A stretch of 64,000 nt of DNA from Candidatus Zipacnadum vermilionense (GTDB taxonomy: Bacteria; Armatimonadota; Zipacnadia; Zipacnadales; Zipacnadaceae): NCBI GenBank assembly GCA_029821755.1, contig JALGSV010000016.1:12372-76371 (forward strand), given 5' to 3'. The notes below the pieces were generated by a model, which searched no databases, was not told the DNA's origin, and saw nothing but the letters and a program-made list of their open reading frames with translations. Below, piece after piece: positions 47,071-56,107 of the stretch (position 1 is its first letter; every line of letters begins with the position of its first letter). A program made the position numbers and the translations under genes.

Positions 47071-48153
47071 ATGATGTCAGGTGTACGCGCAGGATTGGTC
47101 GGCGTCGGCCCGGTGGGCGACGCCATTGTGGCCGTGCTCAAGGAGCATGGCTTCCCGCTAGCCGAGCCACTGCGGGTGCTGGCCACCAGTTGCCGCACCG
47201 AGGTGCTGTGCGAGGAGGAATTCTTGGTACAGGAGACCTGCGAAGAGGCCTTCCAGGGCCTGGACGTGGTCTTCTTCGCCGGGCGTGAGGGGGCCAAGGG
47301 GGCCAGCGTACAGTGGGGGCACTGCGCGCTCGATGCCGGGGCCTGGTGCATAGACAACGGCTCCGACTTCCGTATGGACCCCAACGTGCCGCTAGTGGTG
47401 CCGGAGGTCAACATGGACGCCGTGACCTCGACCACGCGGCTGATCGCCAACCCCAACTGCTCGACCATCCAGATGGTCGTGCCCCTGGCGCCGCTACACC
47501 GGGTGGCGAAAATCAAGCGTATCGTGGTCTCCACCTACCAGGCGGTGAGCGGCTGGGGCAAGGCGGCGATGGAAGAGCTGCAGAGCCAGGTCCCGCAGTG
47601 GGGCGCGGGCGGGCCGGTGGAGTTTGACCCCAGCGTCTTCACCCGTCCCATCGCGCTGGACTGCCTACCGCATATCGACCGCTTCACCCCCTCCGGCTAC
47701 ACCAAGGAAGAGCTGAAGATGGTCAACGAGACGCGCAAGATCCTGGGCGTCCCGGACCTGCCGGTGACGGCGACAACAGTGCGCGTGCCGGTGATGATGG
47801 GGCATGCGGAGTCGGTAAACGTGGAGTTCGAGAAGGAGATCAGCGCCGAGCGGGCGCGGGAGATCCTGAGCGATCCAGACCAGTCACCCGGCGTGGTAGT
47901 CATCGACGGCCCCACCCAGGACCCCAACGCGGCGGACCTCCGCAAGGCCCCGGAGGAGCTGCAGTACCCCACCCAGGCGGATGTGCTCAAGCCCGGCTGG
48001 CGCGACTCGGTCCTGGTCGGTCGCATCCGTCAGGACGAGACGGTGCACTCGGGCCTGAACCTGTGGGTAGTAAGCGACAACCTCCGCAAGGGCGCAGCGA
48101 CCAACGCGGTGCAGATAGCGGAGAAGCTGATCGAGCGGGGGATGTTGGGGTAG
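47071..48153 (+). CDS. asd: aspartate-semialdehyde dehydrogenase
   Basis: Rossmann motif GLVGVGPVG and the active-site NCSTI motif. dapB and asd are adjacent here. Confidence 0.92.
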   Translation: MMSGVRAGLVGVGPVGDAIVAVLKEHGFPLAEPLRVLATSCRTEVLCEEEFLVQETCEEAFQGLDVVFFAGREGAKGASVQWGHCALDAGAWCIDNGSDFRMDPNVPLVVPEVNMDAVTSTTRLIANPNCSTIQMVVPLAPLHRVAKIKRIVVSTYQAVSGWGKAAMEELQSQVPQWGAGGPVEFDPSVFTRPIALDCLPHIDRFTPSGYTKEELKMVNETRKILGVPDLPVTATTVRVPVMMGHAESVNVEFEKEISAERAREILSDPDQSPGVVVIDGPTQDPNAADLRKAPEELQYPTQADVLKPGWRDSVLVGRIRQDETVHSGLNLWVVSDNLRKGAATNAVQIAEKLIERGMLG

Positions 48154-48180
48154 CAGATCGTCGGGTCGGCAGCGGAACCA

Positions 48181-48224
48181 CAAGGGCGGCGTCCAGCGGG
48201 CGCCGCCCTTGCGTCCCTTTTCTG
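48181..48224 (+). terminator. rho-independent terminator downstream of asd
   Basis: GC-rich hairpin CAAGGGCGGCG-tccagcgg-GCGCCGCCCTTG followed by CGTCCCTTTTCT. Confidence 0.65.
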
Positions 48225-48352
48225 GGTGCCATTGCGGCATCCGGGGAGCAGAGCGCGACTCCTGTGGTCACGAGGGGGCGGAAGGGAGTGAGCCAAGCGG
48301 ACCAATCCGCGGACCTGCGTGTCATGTTGACATGGCGAGACGGGCGACGCGG

Positions 48353-49117
48353 TCAACGCGTGAGCGATGGCTGTATGTGCGCCAGCCCATCCCCGAGGAG
48401 GTCCAGTTGTAGGGGTCTCCGGTTGGACTGGTAGTAGATCATCTCCCTGCTGGTCTTCCCGGCTACGCCTTTTAGGTCAAGAAGCGGGACGAAAGGCAGG
48501 TAGTCTGCACCATCTCCCTCGCAGAAGATGACCTCACCCCTTCTTGCCAGTGCCCAAGTGGCGAGTGACTCGTAGTCAATGTGGGCACTGCTATGTCGGT
48601 ATCCCATGCCCGAGTCGCCGCGGTACGGGGGGTCCACGAACCACGTGGCTTCGACGTCCGGCGCCTCGGTGTAATCGCCGCAGACGATCTGCCAATGCTT
48701 GATCTTGTGAACACTAGCGGCCATCTTCCGTTTGCTTATTTCCCAGTTTCTCTCCAGTACCGGAGTCACCTTTATGGTCCTGAACTTGAACGCCATCTTG
48801 GTGGCCGCATGGATGATATGGAGAAACTCCGAGCTCTTCTCACCTACCTTAAGGTCCGGCATCCGAAGGATTGACTCTGCCGTGGCTTCCTCGATGAGCC
48901 AGCGCCATATCTCGGCGACCTTCTCGTCCTTCTCAACCAGGATCACCTGCCTAGTCCAATTGCTGCCATAGTGAGAATACGCCGCCGCCCCCGCGAACGG
49001 CTCAACTATGGTGTCGCAGTTGGGCTTAGGGTAGTATTTGGCGATCTGTTTCTTTCTGCCGTAATAGTAGAACATTCGAGGACCCTCTTGCCATTCGTGT
49101 CGCGGTCGCCGAGTCAC
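48353..49117 (-). CDS. DNA adenine methyltransferase (D12-class, Dam-like) of a Type II R-M system
   Basis: N-terminal SAM motif (FYYYGRKKQ...EPFAGAAA) and the catalytic DPPY tetrapeptide (WFVDPPYRG). GC is lower than the flanks. The reading frame near the start may be off by one in my indexing. Confidence 0.85.
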   Translation of the reverse strand: MTRRPRHEWQEGPRMFYYYGRKKQIAKYYPKPNCDTIVEPFAGAAAYSHYGSNWTRQVILVEKDEKVAEIWRWLIEEATAESILRMPDLKVGEKSSEFLHIIHAATKMAFKFRTIKVTPVLERNWEISKRKMAASVHKIKHWQIVCGDYTEAPDVEATWFVDPPYRGDSGMGYRHSSAHIDYESLATWALARRGEVIFCEGDGADYLPFVPLLDLKGVAGKTSREMIYYQSNRRPLQLDLLGDGLAHIQPSLTR

Positions 49118-50046
49118 GCCGACTCGGCGTGGAGAATTGCCTCGTAGCGCTCCCGATACTCGCCGTCACGCAGTTGGAGCACCCACCCGCGGCCCATCTT
49201 TCTCTTCCCGGAGGAGCGCATGCCTGTCACCTTCGTGTTCCTTCCCGTGACGCCACTGATCTTCCCCCAATCGTCGGCGATCAGACCGTCCGCATAGAAG
49301 GCGGCGGCAACGAGTGGGTAACGCCTGCCCTGCGACTCGCGTCCGGCAAAGTCGATCACAAGCCCCAGGAGGCTACCGACTTCTCTGTGATGAGCTTGCC
49401 AGGTAATGCCGGTGAGACAGCCGAGCCGCCTTTGTCCCGTCTCCAGATTGCTGCCCTTGGCGACGTTGCCGACAGTGCACTTGATCTCCAAGCCCTCTGG
49501 GTAGTTTCTCAGTTCTTCCTCAGTTGCACTTAGGCCAGACTGCGGGATCACGTCCGGGTGCCCCTTCTCGATCGGGTTCACTATTCCGCTTACCGTAGGC
49601 GCCAGGTTGCTGGCGAACAGCGCGCCGACCATTCCACTTACCGCCTTGAGGTCGAGACACTGGAACAAGCTGAAGGGCAGTGCCTCCAGCTGGCGACCTG
49701 TCGCCTCGCAAGCCGCTGCAATGTCCTCCGACGTGATCGCAAGCCCGCACTGAATCTCGAAGCCCTCTCGTATGACATAGCTCCCCAGGGGCGAATGCTC
49801 GGAACATCCCGCGGAAGATGGGAGATCCCGCAGCATCTCAGCAACGTGCAACTCAAGCGCGCCAGCAAGGCCACATAGGTTGATGATGCTGACGTTTCGC
49901 CGGCCGCACTCGATGCCACTGATGTAGGTCCTATCGAGATCGGAGCGAAAAGCCAATTCCTCTTGCGAAAGCCCCTTGGCCTTTCTCAGTTGGCGAACCC
50001 TATCACCAAAACCCACCAAGAACTCTTGTGTGTCGTCCATGCGCAA
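49114..50046 (-). CDS. HTH(XRE)-fused PD-(D/E)XK restriction endonuclease (cognate REase candidate)
   Basis: N-terminal XRE-type helix-turn-helix (LRKAKGLSQEELAFRSDLDRTYISGIECGRRNVSI), then a PD..(E)xK arrangement (GHPDVIP...EGLEIKC). 4-nt overlap with the MTase gene. Confidence 0.65.
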   Translation of the reverse strand: MRMDDTQEFLVGFGDRVRQLRKAKGLSQEELAFRSDLDRTYISGIECGRRNVSIINLCGLAGALELHVAEMLRDLPSSAGCSEHSPLGSYVIREGFEIQCGLAITSEDIAAACEATGRQLEALPFSLFQCLDLKAVSGMVGALFASNLAPTVSGIVNPIEKGHPDVIPQSGLSATEEELRNYPEGLEIKCTVGNVAKGSNLETGQRRLGCLTGITWQAHHREVGSLLGLVIDFAGRESQGRRYPLVAAAFYADGLIADDWGKISGVTGRNTKVTGMRSSGKRKMGRGWVLQLRDGEYRERYEAILHAESA

Positions 50047-50152
50047 AAGCGTGACAGGGCAGTAGACTACAAGTCAACGGACTATAAGTCACATTGACGA
50101 CAGCATAGCATGAGAGGCGAGGAACAGCAAGGCCGCGAGGCGTGCGGAGGGC

Positions 50153-51211
50153 TCAGATCTCCAGCGCCAGATTCTCTTGTCCGGCCGGGGGTTCGGGGGC
50201 TTTCTTCGCGACGCGCAGGTGGTCGTAGGCGACCTGGGTGGCCATGCGGCCGCGGGCGGTGCGGATTACGAAACCTAGCTTGAGGAGGAAGGGCTCGACT
50301 ACGTCCTGGAGGGTGTCCTGGTCCTCGGAGAGGGTAGCGGCCAGGGCGTTGAGGCCGGCCGGGCCGCCGGCGTAGTAGTCGATCATCGCCTGCAGGTACT
50401 TGCGGTCCAGGGGGTCCAGGCCGCGCTCGTCCACGCCCATCTGCTCCAGGGCCGCGGAGGCGACCTCGGCGGTGATGACGCCCTCGGCCACCACTTGCGC
50501 GTAGTCGCGCACCCGGCGGAGCAGGCGGTTGACGATGCGCGGAGTGCCCCGGCTGCGGCAGGAAAGAACCTCCGCGCCAAGCTCGTCCAGCGGGATCTGG
50601 AGGATCTGGGCCGAACGCAGGACGATCTGCTTGAGCTGCTCGGGGGAGTAGAAGTCCAGGTGGTGGAAGATGCCGAAGCGCTCGCGCAGGGGGGCGGTGA
50701 GCATGCCCGAGCGAGTGGTAGCCCCGATGAGGGTGAAGGGCTCGATGCGCAAGGAGATGGTCTTGGCGTACGGCCCGCGGTCCACCACGAAGTCGATCTG
50801 GAAGTCCTCCATCGCGCTGTACAGGTACTCCTCGACGGGGCGGGGGATGCGGTGGATCTCGTCGATGAAGAGCACGTCACCGGAGCGCAGGTTGGTGAGC
50901 ACGCCGACCAGGTCCGCCGCGCGCTCCAGGGAGGGGCCGGAGGTGCGGTGCATCTCCGCGCTCATCTCGCGGGCGATGATGTAGGCGAGGGTGGTCTTGC
51001 CCAGGCCCGGCGGGCCGTCGAAGAGCAGGTGCTCCAGACACTCCCCGCGCCCCTGGGCGGCGTGGATGGCGATCTGGAGCTGCCGGATCAGCCGGTCCTG
51101 CCCGACGTTATACTCCTCCAGCGTGCGCGGACGTAGGGAGAGGACCTCGTCGAGGTCGTCCTCCTGCTGGTGGCCACTGATGATGCGTTCGCGTTTGGGC
51201 GTGTCGTCCAT
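50153..51211 (-). CDS. ruvB: Holliday junction branch migration DNA helicase RuvB
   Basis: AAA+ Walker A (GPPGLGKTT), Walker B (LFIDEIHR), sensor motifs and a winged-helix C-terminus. Confidence 0.93.
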   Translation of the reverse strand: MDDTPKRERIISGHQQEDDLDEVLSLRPRTLEEYNVGQDRLIRQLQIAIHAAQGRGECLEHLLFDGPPGLGKTTLAYIIAREMSAEMHRTSGPSLERAADLVGVLTNLRSGDVLFIDEIHRIPRPVEEYLYSAMEDFQIDFVVDRGPYAKTISLRIEPFTLIGATTRSGMLTAPLRERFGIFHHLDFYSPEQLKQIVLRSAQILQIPLDELGAEVLSCRSRGTPRIVNRLLRRVRDYAQVVAEGVITAEVASAALEQMGVDERGLDPLDRKYLQAMIDYYAGGPAGLNALAATLSEDQDTLQDVVEPFLLKLGFVIRTARGRMATQVAYDHLRVAKKAPEPPAGQENLALEI

Positions 51212-51322
51212 CGAAGATGAGATTCGCGGCGATATGGCGGTACACCTGCCCGGCGTGCGCAGAGAGACAGGCGCAGAGGGCGGGGGACGTAGCCCTCGCC
51301 CTCCGCAAGGTCATACCTATGC

Positions 51323-52315
51323 CTACTCCGCCGGCGGCGGCGCGGGCGGGGCCGGGGGCAGGCGCTTGGGCTTCGGGTGCGATCGGCGCCAGAGATGCCA
51401 GAGCAGCAGCGGCACCCAGATCACCATGCCGGGCAGACCCACGTACACCAAGATGGCGAACAGCACCCGCAGGACGGCCAGTAGCGAGTACCAGGCGCGG
51501 ATGACGACGTCCTTGGGGCTGTATGGGCCCGGCTTGTCGAGGGGCGCCAGGCCCTTCTCGTAAAAGGTCACGTCGAGCGTGGAGAGCGCCACTTGGTTCT
51601 GCAGCAAGCGCTGGCGGCCCTGGATGCGCTCGATCTCCTCCTGCACCGCGTTGATCTGCTGCTGCCGCTGGTCGATCTCCTCGACGCTGTTCGCCCGCTT
51701 GAGCAGCGCCTCCAACTGCGCCTTGCGCAGGTGCTTGATGCCCAGCCGGGCGTTGAGGTCCACCCATTCCTCGGTGACATTCTCGGTCTCCAGACGCTCC
51801 TCGTCCACCTTGCCGAAGCCCTCCAGGCCGGAGACTACGTCCATGAACTTCTCGGAGGGCACCCGGACCGTCATGGTTACCCGAGTGGTGCCGCTGTCGT
51901 CCACGTTCTTGGTCAAGCCGGAGACGAAGCCGGCGTTCTTCTCGGCCAGCGCTCGCAGTTTGTCGGCTGCTTCCGCCGCCTTCTCCACCTTGATGGTGAA
52001 GTCGGCGGTGTAGATGATCATCTGCTGGGCGCGGACCTTGAAGGGGTCCAGTTGGTTCTCGGCGGGGGTGGCGGAAGCTCCGCCGCTAGGCACGCTGGGC
52101 GCAGGCATAGCCGAGTCGGCGGCCATGCGACCCGCCTTGGCCTCCAGGGCCAAGCCCTCTGGAGCCGCCGAGCCGGCAGGCGGGGCACCGGGGGTAGGCG
52201 GGGCGGCCCCCAGCGTCCGGGAGGACTCCGGGGCCAGCTTGGCGCAGGACAGTCCGACCACCACCACGGCCAACAGCAGCAAGACGAGTACCAGAGCAAC
52301 AGCGGTGCGTTTCAT
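51323..52315 (-). CDS. DUF4349-like secreted/anchored protein with coiled coil
   Basis: Signal peptide with a lipobox-like LSCAK, a coiled-coil segment, and a C-terminal TM helix. The family call is from memory. Confidence 0.55.
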   Translation of the reverse strand: MKRTAVALVLVLLLLAVVVVGLSCAKLAPESSRTLGAAPPTPGAPPAGSAAPEGLALEAKAGRMAADSAMPAPSVPSGGASATPAENQLDPFKVRAQQMIIYTADFTIKVEKAAEAADKLRALAEKNAGFVSGLTKNVDDSGTTRVTMTVRVPSEKFMDVVSGLEGFGKVDEERLETENVTEEWVDLNARLGIKHLRKAQLEALLKRANSVEEIDQRQQQINAVQEEIERIQGRQRLLQNQVALSTLDVTFYEKGLAPLDKPGPYSPKDVVIRAWYSLLAVLRVLFAILVYVGLPGMVIWVPLLLWHLWRRSHPKPKRLPPAPPAPPPAE

Positions 52316-52384
52316 CGCGAGACCCCCTTATGGGTAGGAGAACATTCCCGAGCGCCCGGAAAGTTCCCGGAGGCTGATATGTCA

Positions 52385-52440
52385 CTAGGTGGCTGCGCGG
52401 GCGGGATTCGTTGGGGGAATTCCCTGGGGATTCCCCTGGG
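52385..52440. promoter_or_regulatory. three tandem palindromic GGGGAATTCCCC-like sites
   Basis: GGGGGAATTCCCTGGGGATTCCCCTGGGGAATCCCCC, upstream of the DUF4349-like gene and downstream of ruvA. Confidence 0.5.
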
Positions 52441-52574
52441 GAATCCCCCTGCAAACCCACTACGCGGGAGGCGTTCAGGGCCTTTGACAGGGAGATGGGC
52501 CGGGTTGTTCCGTCGCCGGTAGGACGGGCGCCCTCACCGGTCGCGGACGGGAGGGACGGGCGAGGACGCCCGTC

Positions 52575-53189
52575 CTAGCGTTGCTGAAACACCAACCTCA
52601 CCAGCTCCTCCGAGCCGGCGTCGGGGTGGGAGGCAGCGGTCTGGCGCAGGGCGCGGAGGGCGTCGTTGCGGTTGAGGCCGAGCTGGAGGAGAACCTCTAG
52701 CGCCTCCTGCTCGGTCTCGTTCTCGGGTGGGGTGAGGGGGACGGCCTCGGGGAGATCGGCGGCCTCCAGGAAGATCGCGAGCTTGCCCTGCAGGGTGGCG
52801 ATGATGTCGCGGGCGCGCTGGCGGCCCACGCCGGGGAGCTTCTTCAGCATGCCCTCGTCCTGCAACTCGATGGTGTGCGCCAGCTGCGCTACCGGCAGGA
52901 CCATGCAGCGCAGCGCCGACATCGGGCCCAGGCGCGGCACGTCCAGCAGGCGCTGGAAGAACTCCCGCTGCGTCTCGCTTTCGAAGCCCAGCAGGAACGG
53001 CGTTACCCGGTTGCCGTCGGTCTGCATGTAGTGGTAGGTGTACAGCTCCACCGTCGAGCCCGCCGGGCGCTCGGCGAGGCGGTCCCGGACCGGCGGCGGT
53101 AGCAGCACCTCGTACGCCAGGCCCCCCACCTCCACCAGGGCCCACTCCGGGCCGACCTCCAGCAATTCCCCGCGCAGGCGGCGGATCAT
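52575..53189 (-). CDS. ruvA: Holliday junction DNA helicase RuvA
   Basis: OB-fold N-terminus (MIRRLRGEL), HhH pairs, and a C-terminal RuvB-interaction domain. Confidence 0.9.
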   Translation of the reverse strand: MIRRLRGELLEVGPEWALVEVGGLAYEVLLPPPVRDRLAERPAGSTVELYTYHYMQTDGNRVTPFLLGFESETQREFFQRLLDVPRLGPMSALRCMVLPVAQLAHTIELQDEGMLKKLPGVGRQRARDIIATLQGKLAIFLEAADLPEAVPLTPPENETEQEALEVLLQLGLNRNDALRALRQTAASHPDAGSEELVRLVFQQR

Positions 53190-53854
53190 GGGCGAACCTC
53201 CGGAGGGGGAGACGCGAGTCGCGAGTCGCGAGTGGCGAGTGGATGGCGGGAGGGAGTGCGCTGCAAATCCTCTCTCTCAGTCCCCCCTCTCCCGCAAGGA
53301 GAGGGGGTTAGGGGGTGAGGCTCCGAGAGGGCCTCGCGCACTGCCGCCGGCAGCTTCCGCTCGCCCCCGAAGCGTTGCGGGCTGGCGTGGCACAAGGCCA
53401 GGGCGAGGGCGTCAGTGACATCGTGCGGGCGGGGGATCTCGGGGAGGGAGAGCATGCGGCAGACCATTTCGGCCACCTGTTCCTTAGCGGCGCGGCCGGT
53501 TCCGGTGAGGGCGCGCTTCACCTGCGAGGCCGGGTAGGCCTCCACCTGTAGGCTACGTTCCTGCGCGGCCAGGTAGATGACCCCTCGGGCGTGGCCCATG
53601 AGAATGGCGGTGCGCGGGTGGCGGTACTTGGAGTAGAGCGACTCGACGATGACTACCTCAGGCTCCAGGTCGTCGAGGGCCTCGCAGACGCCGTCGTACA
53701 GGGCGCGCAGGCGGGTCTCCAGCGCGGCGGAGGCCGCCGTCCGCACCGTCCCGGCCTCCACCAAGCAGCAGCGCCCGTCGGGCAGGCGGTCCACTGCGCC
53801 ATAGCCGGTGCAATTAAGGCCCGGATCAATGCCCATCAAGCGAGTCGGAGACAC
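53186..53854 (-). CDS. ruvC: crossover junction endodeoxyribonuclease RuvC
   Basis: RNase-H-like motifs (GIDPGL..TGY, catalytic E/D/H residues). A C-terminal extension of about 55 aa runs through a REP-like repeat, with a 4-nt overlap with ruvA. Confidence 0.85.
   Translation of the reverse strand: MSPTRLMGIDPGLNCTGYGAVDRLPDGRCCLVEAGTVRTAASAALETRLRALYDGVCEALDDLEPEVVIVESLYSKYRHPRTAILMGHARGVIYLAAQERSLQVEAYPASQVKRALTGTGRAAKEQVAEMVCRMLSLPEIPRPHDVTDALALALCHASPQRFGGERKLPAAVREALSEPHPLTPSPCGRGGTEREDLQRTPSRHPLATRDSRLASPPPEVRP
53270..53325. repeat. REP-like family 1 copy (inside ruvC 3' end)
   Basis: CCCCTCTCCCGCAAGGAGAGGGGGTTAGGGGGTGAGGCTCCGAG. Confidence 0.7.
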
Positions 53855-53908
53855 GAGAGGATTATAGGGGGGTGGGAGGTGAGTGTAAAGGAAGGCGAGG
53901 AGGATCGC

Positions 53909-54505
53909 CTAGCGTTTCCCCAACTCCCCTACCAGGCACTTGATGCGTTCGTGGGTGATGTCGCCAGGGGTCAGGCGGTAACGCAAGCGGCCCTGCTTGT
54001 CGAACAGCCGCACCTGGGGCAACGCCGTCTGGGGCATGCCCTGCAGCAGTGCTTTGTCCGACTCCGGCGTCATCAGCGCCACCGGGAATGTCCACTTGTG
54101 CTCCTCGACGAACTTGGCCACCGCTTGCTGGGACTTGTCGCGGGAGAGGGCCAGGATGTACAGGTCCGGATCGCTGACGAACTCGGCGTCCTGTTGGTAG
54201 CCCTCTAGCCCCTGTACGCATCCCTCGCACAACATGCCCCAAAAGTCCAGAAGGACGACCTTGCCCTTCAGCTCCGACAGCCTGACGGTCTCTCCCTGGA
54301 GCGTGGTGAAGGTCAGGTCGGGGATGGTCTCGTCGACCTCGGTGACGGGCCCGCAGGGCCCGGCTGGGGGCTGGGACGTGGTGGTCCCCAGAGGTGTGGA
54401 GGCAAGTGGGCAGCCGGCGAGTAGAGCGACGGCAAGCAGCAGCGGCAGATAACGAAGCCAGTTGAGCATGGCGAGTGGGGTCTCCTGTGTGGGAACGGCG
54501 TTCAA
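53909..54505 (-). CDS. TlpA/ResA-like thiol-disulfide oxidoreductase (redoxin), lipoprotein
   Basis: Lipobox LLAGC, a CxxC active site (LCEGC), and a thioredoxin fold. Confidence 0.75.
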   Translation of the reverse strand: MNAVPTQETPLAMLNWLRYLPLLLAVALLAGCPLASTPLGTTTSQPPAGPCGPVTEVDETIPDLTFTTLQGETVRLSELKGKVVLLDFWGMLCEGCVQGLEGYQQDAEFVSDPDLYILALSRDKSQQAVAKFVEEHKWTFPVALMTPESDKALLQGMPQTALPQVRLFDKQGRLRYRLTPGDITHERIKCLVGELGKR

Positions 54506-54552
54506 GGGGAGCGACGTGGGGGAGAGGTGGATGGTTCCCGTGGGGCGGCTCC

Positions 54553-54640
54553 CTCCGCGTGAGGCGGGCTTTCTATCCCACCCTTCCCCAGGGCATGTGG
54601 CTCCCTGCGCGGGCTAGAAAGCCCGCGCCACGCGGAGGGG
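54553..54640. repeat. REP-like family 2 copy (inverted arm pair)
   Basis: CGCGTGAGGCGGGCTTTCTATCCC ... GCGCGGGCTAGAAAGCCCGCGCCACGCGG. Confidence 0.7.
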
Positions 54641-54641
54641 A

Positions 54642-55088
54642 TCATTGCCTCCCCGTGGACCCGAATCCTCCCTCGCCGCGCTCCGTCTCGGCCAGGTCCT
54701 CCGTTACCTCCAGCTCCACCTGGACGACCGGGGCGATGACTAGCTGGGCGATGCGGTCGCCCCGGTGGATGGTGAAAGGCTCCTGGCCCAGGTTGACCAC
54801 CACCACCTGCAGCAGCCCACGGTAGTCGGAGTCGATGGTCCCCGGCGTGTTGAGCAAGGTGATCCCGTGCCGAATCGCCAGCCCGCTCCGCGGTCGGACC
54901 TGGCCCTCGTAGCCCGCCGGGATCTCCAGCCGCAGGCCAGTGCTGACCAGCGCTCGCTCCCCTGGGGCCAGCGTCACCGCATCCTCCACCGCCGCGCGCA
55001 GGTCCATCCCCGCCGAGCCAGGCGTCTCGTAAGCCGGGAGGGGAAGGCCCTCCGCGGCGGGGGTGACATGGACTTTGAGGGTGGGCAT
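54642..55088 (-). CDS. dut: dUTP diphosphatase
   Basis: dUTPase motifs ([25 protein letters not shown]). Confidence 0.92.
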   Translation of the reverse strand: MPTLKVHVTPAAEGLPLPAYETPGSAGMDLRAAVEDAVTLAPGERALVSTGLRLEIPAGYEGQVRPRSGLAIRHGITLLNTPGTIDSDYRGLLQVVVVNLGQEPFTIHRGDRIAQLVIAPVVQVELEVTEDLAETERGEGGFGSTGRQ

Positions 55089-55108
55089 GGGAGGACTCCT
55101 GAATTCGT

Positions 55109-55176
55109 CCGCGTGGGGCGGGCTTTCTAGCCCGCGCAGGCCGGGGAGGGCGGGCTAGAAAGCCCGCCCCACGCGG
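55109..55176. repeat. REP-like family 2 copy (perfect ~28-bp inverted repeat hairpin)
   Basis: CCGCGTGGGGCGGGCTTTCTAGCCCGC-aggccggggagg-GCGGGCTAGAAAGCCCGCCCCACGCGG. Confidence 0.8.
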
Positions 55177-55980
55177 TCACAGCCGCATCGGCAAGCCCCG
55201 CGCCGCCAGCTCTTCCTTGATCTGGCGGACGGTGTACTGGCGGAAGTGGAAGATGCTGGCCGCCAGGACCGCGTCGGCTTTGCCTACCGTCAGGGCCTCA
55301 TACATGTGGTCCACGTTGCCCGCCCCGCCGGAAGCGACTACCGGAATGCCCACCCGCTCGGAGATGCGCCGCAGCAGCTCCACATCGTAGCCGGCCTTGG
55401 TCCCGTCGGCGTCCATGGAGGTCACCAGCAGCTCCCCCGAGCCCAGATGGGCTGCTTCCTCCGCCCACCACAGCGCGTCCACCTCGGTCGGCTGGCTGCC
55501 GCCGTGGGTCCAGACCTTCCACTCGATTTCCTCGTCCGGGTTGTGCCCCAGGTAAGTGTCATCGCGGGCGGCCTTGGGTACGCGCTGGGCGTCGATGGCG
55601 ACCACGATGCACTGGCTCCCGAAGCGCTCAGCGCCTTCGGTGATGAGCGACGGATTCTGGATGCCCGCGGTCATGATGGAGGTCTTATCGGCCCCGGCCA
55701 CCAGGATGTCGCGGATGTCCTGCACGGTGCGGACGCCGCCGCCCACGGTGAAGGGGATGAAAACGGCCTCGGCCACGCGCCGGACCATGTCCAGCACGAT
55801 GTCGCGCTTATCGCGGGAGGCGGTGATGTCGAGGAAGACCAGCTCGTCCGCCATCTGGCGGTCGTACTCCTGGGCCTGCTCGATGGGATCACCGGCGTCG
55901 ACGTGGTCCACGTACTTGACGCCCTTGACCACGCGGCCTTCGTTCACGTCGAGACAGGGGATGATGCGTTTGGCTAGCAT
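55177..55980 (-). CDS. hisF: imidazole glycerol phosphate synthase cyclase subunit HisF
   Basis: Beta/alpha barrel with RIIPCLDV and the two phosphate-binding GG motifs. Confidence 0.92.
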   Translation of the reverse strand: MLAKRIIPCLDVNEGRVVKGVKYVDHVDAGDPIEQAQEYDRQMADELVFLDITASRDKRDIVLDMVRRVAEAVFIPFTVGGGVRTVQDIRDILVAGADKTSIMTAGIQNPSLITEGAERFGSQCIVVAIDAQRVPKAARDDTYLGHNPDEEIEWKVWTHGGSQPTEVDALWWAEEAAHLGSGELLVTSMDADGTKAGYDVELLRRISERVGIPVVASGGAGNVDHMYEALTVGKADAVLAASIFHFRQYTVRQIKEELAARGLPMRL

Positions 55981-56107
55981 AGGCGGGGGCCTTCCTCAAA
56001 GGTAATGGCGACGCCCTCCATTATACCGTGGGGGAGGGACGAAGGAAAGCCTTGGCGAAAGAGCCGGGTGTCACCAGCGCCGCGAGCGCGGGAAGGAGTC
56101 TGCCCTC

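Noticed and set aside
49070-49117. Exact start of the Dam-like MTase
   Set aside because: My manual indexing put the GTG and ATG codons one base off from the ORF-track frame here. I could not resolve it by eye, so I kept the ORF-track coordinates.
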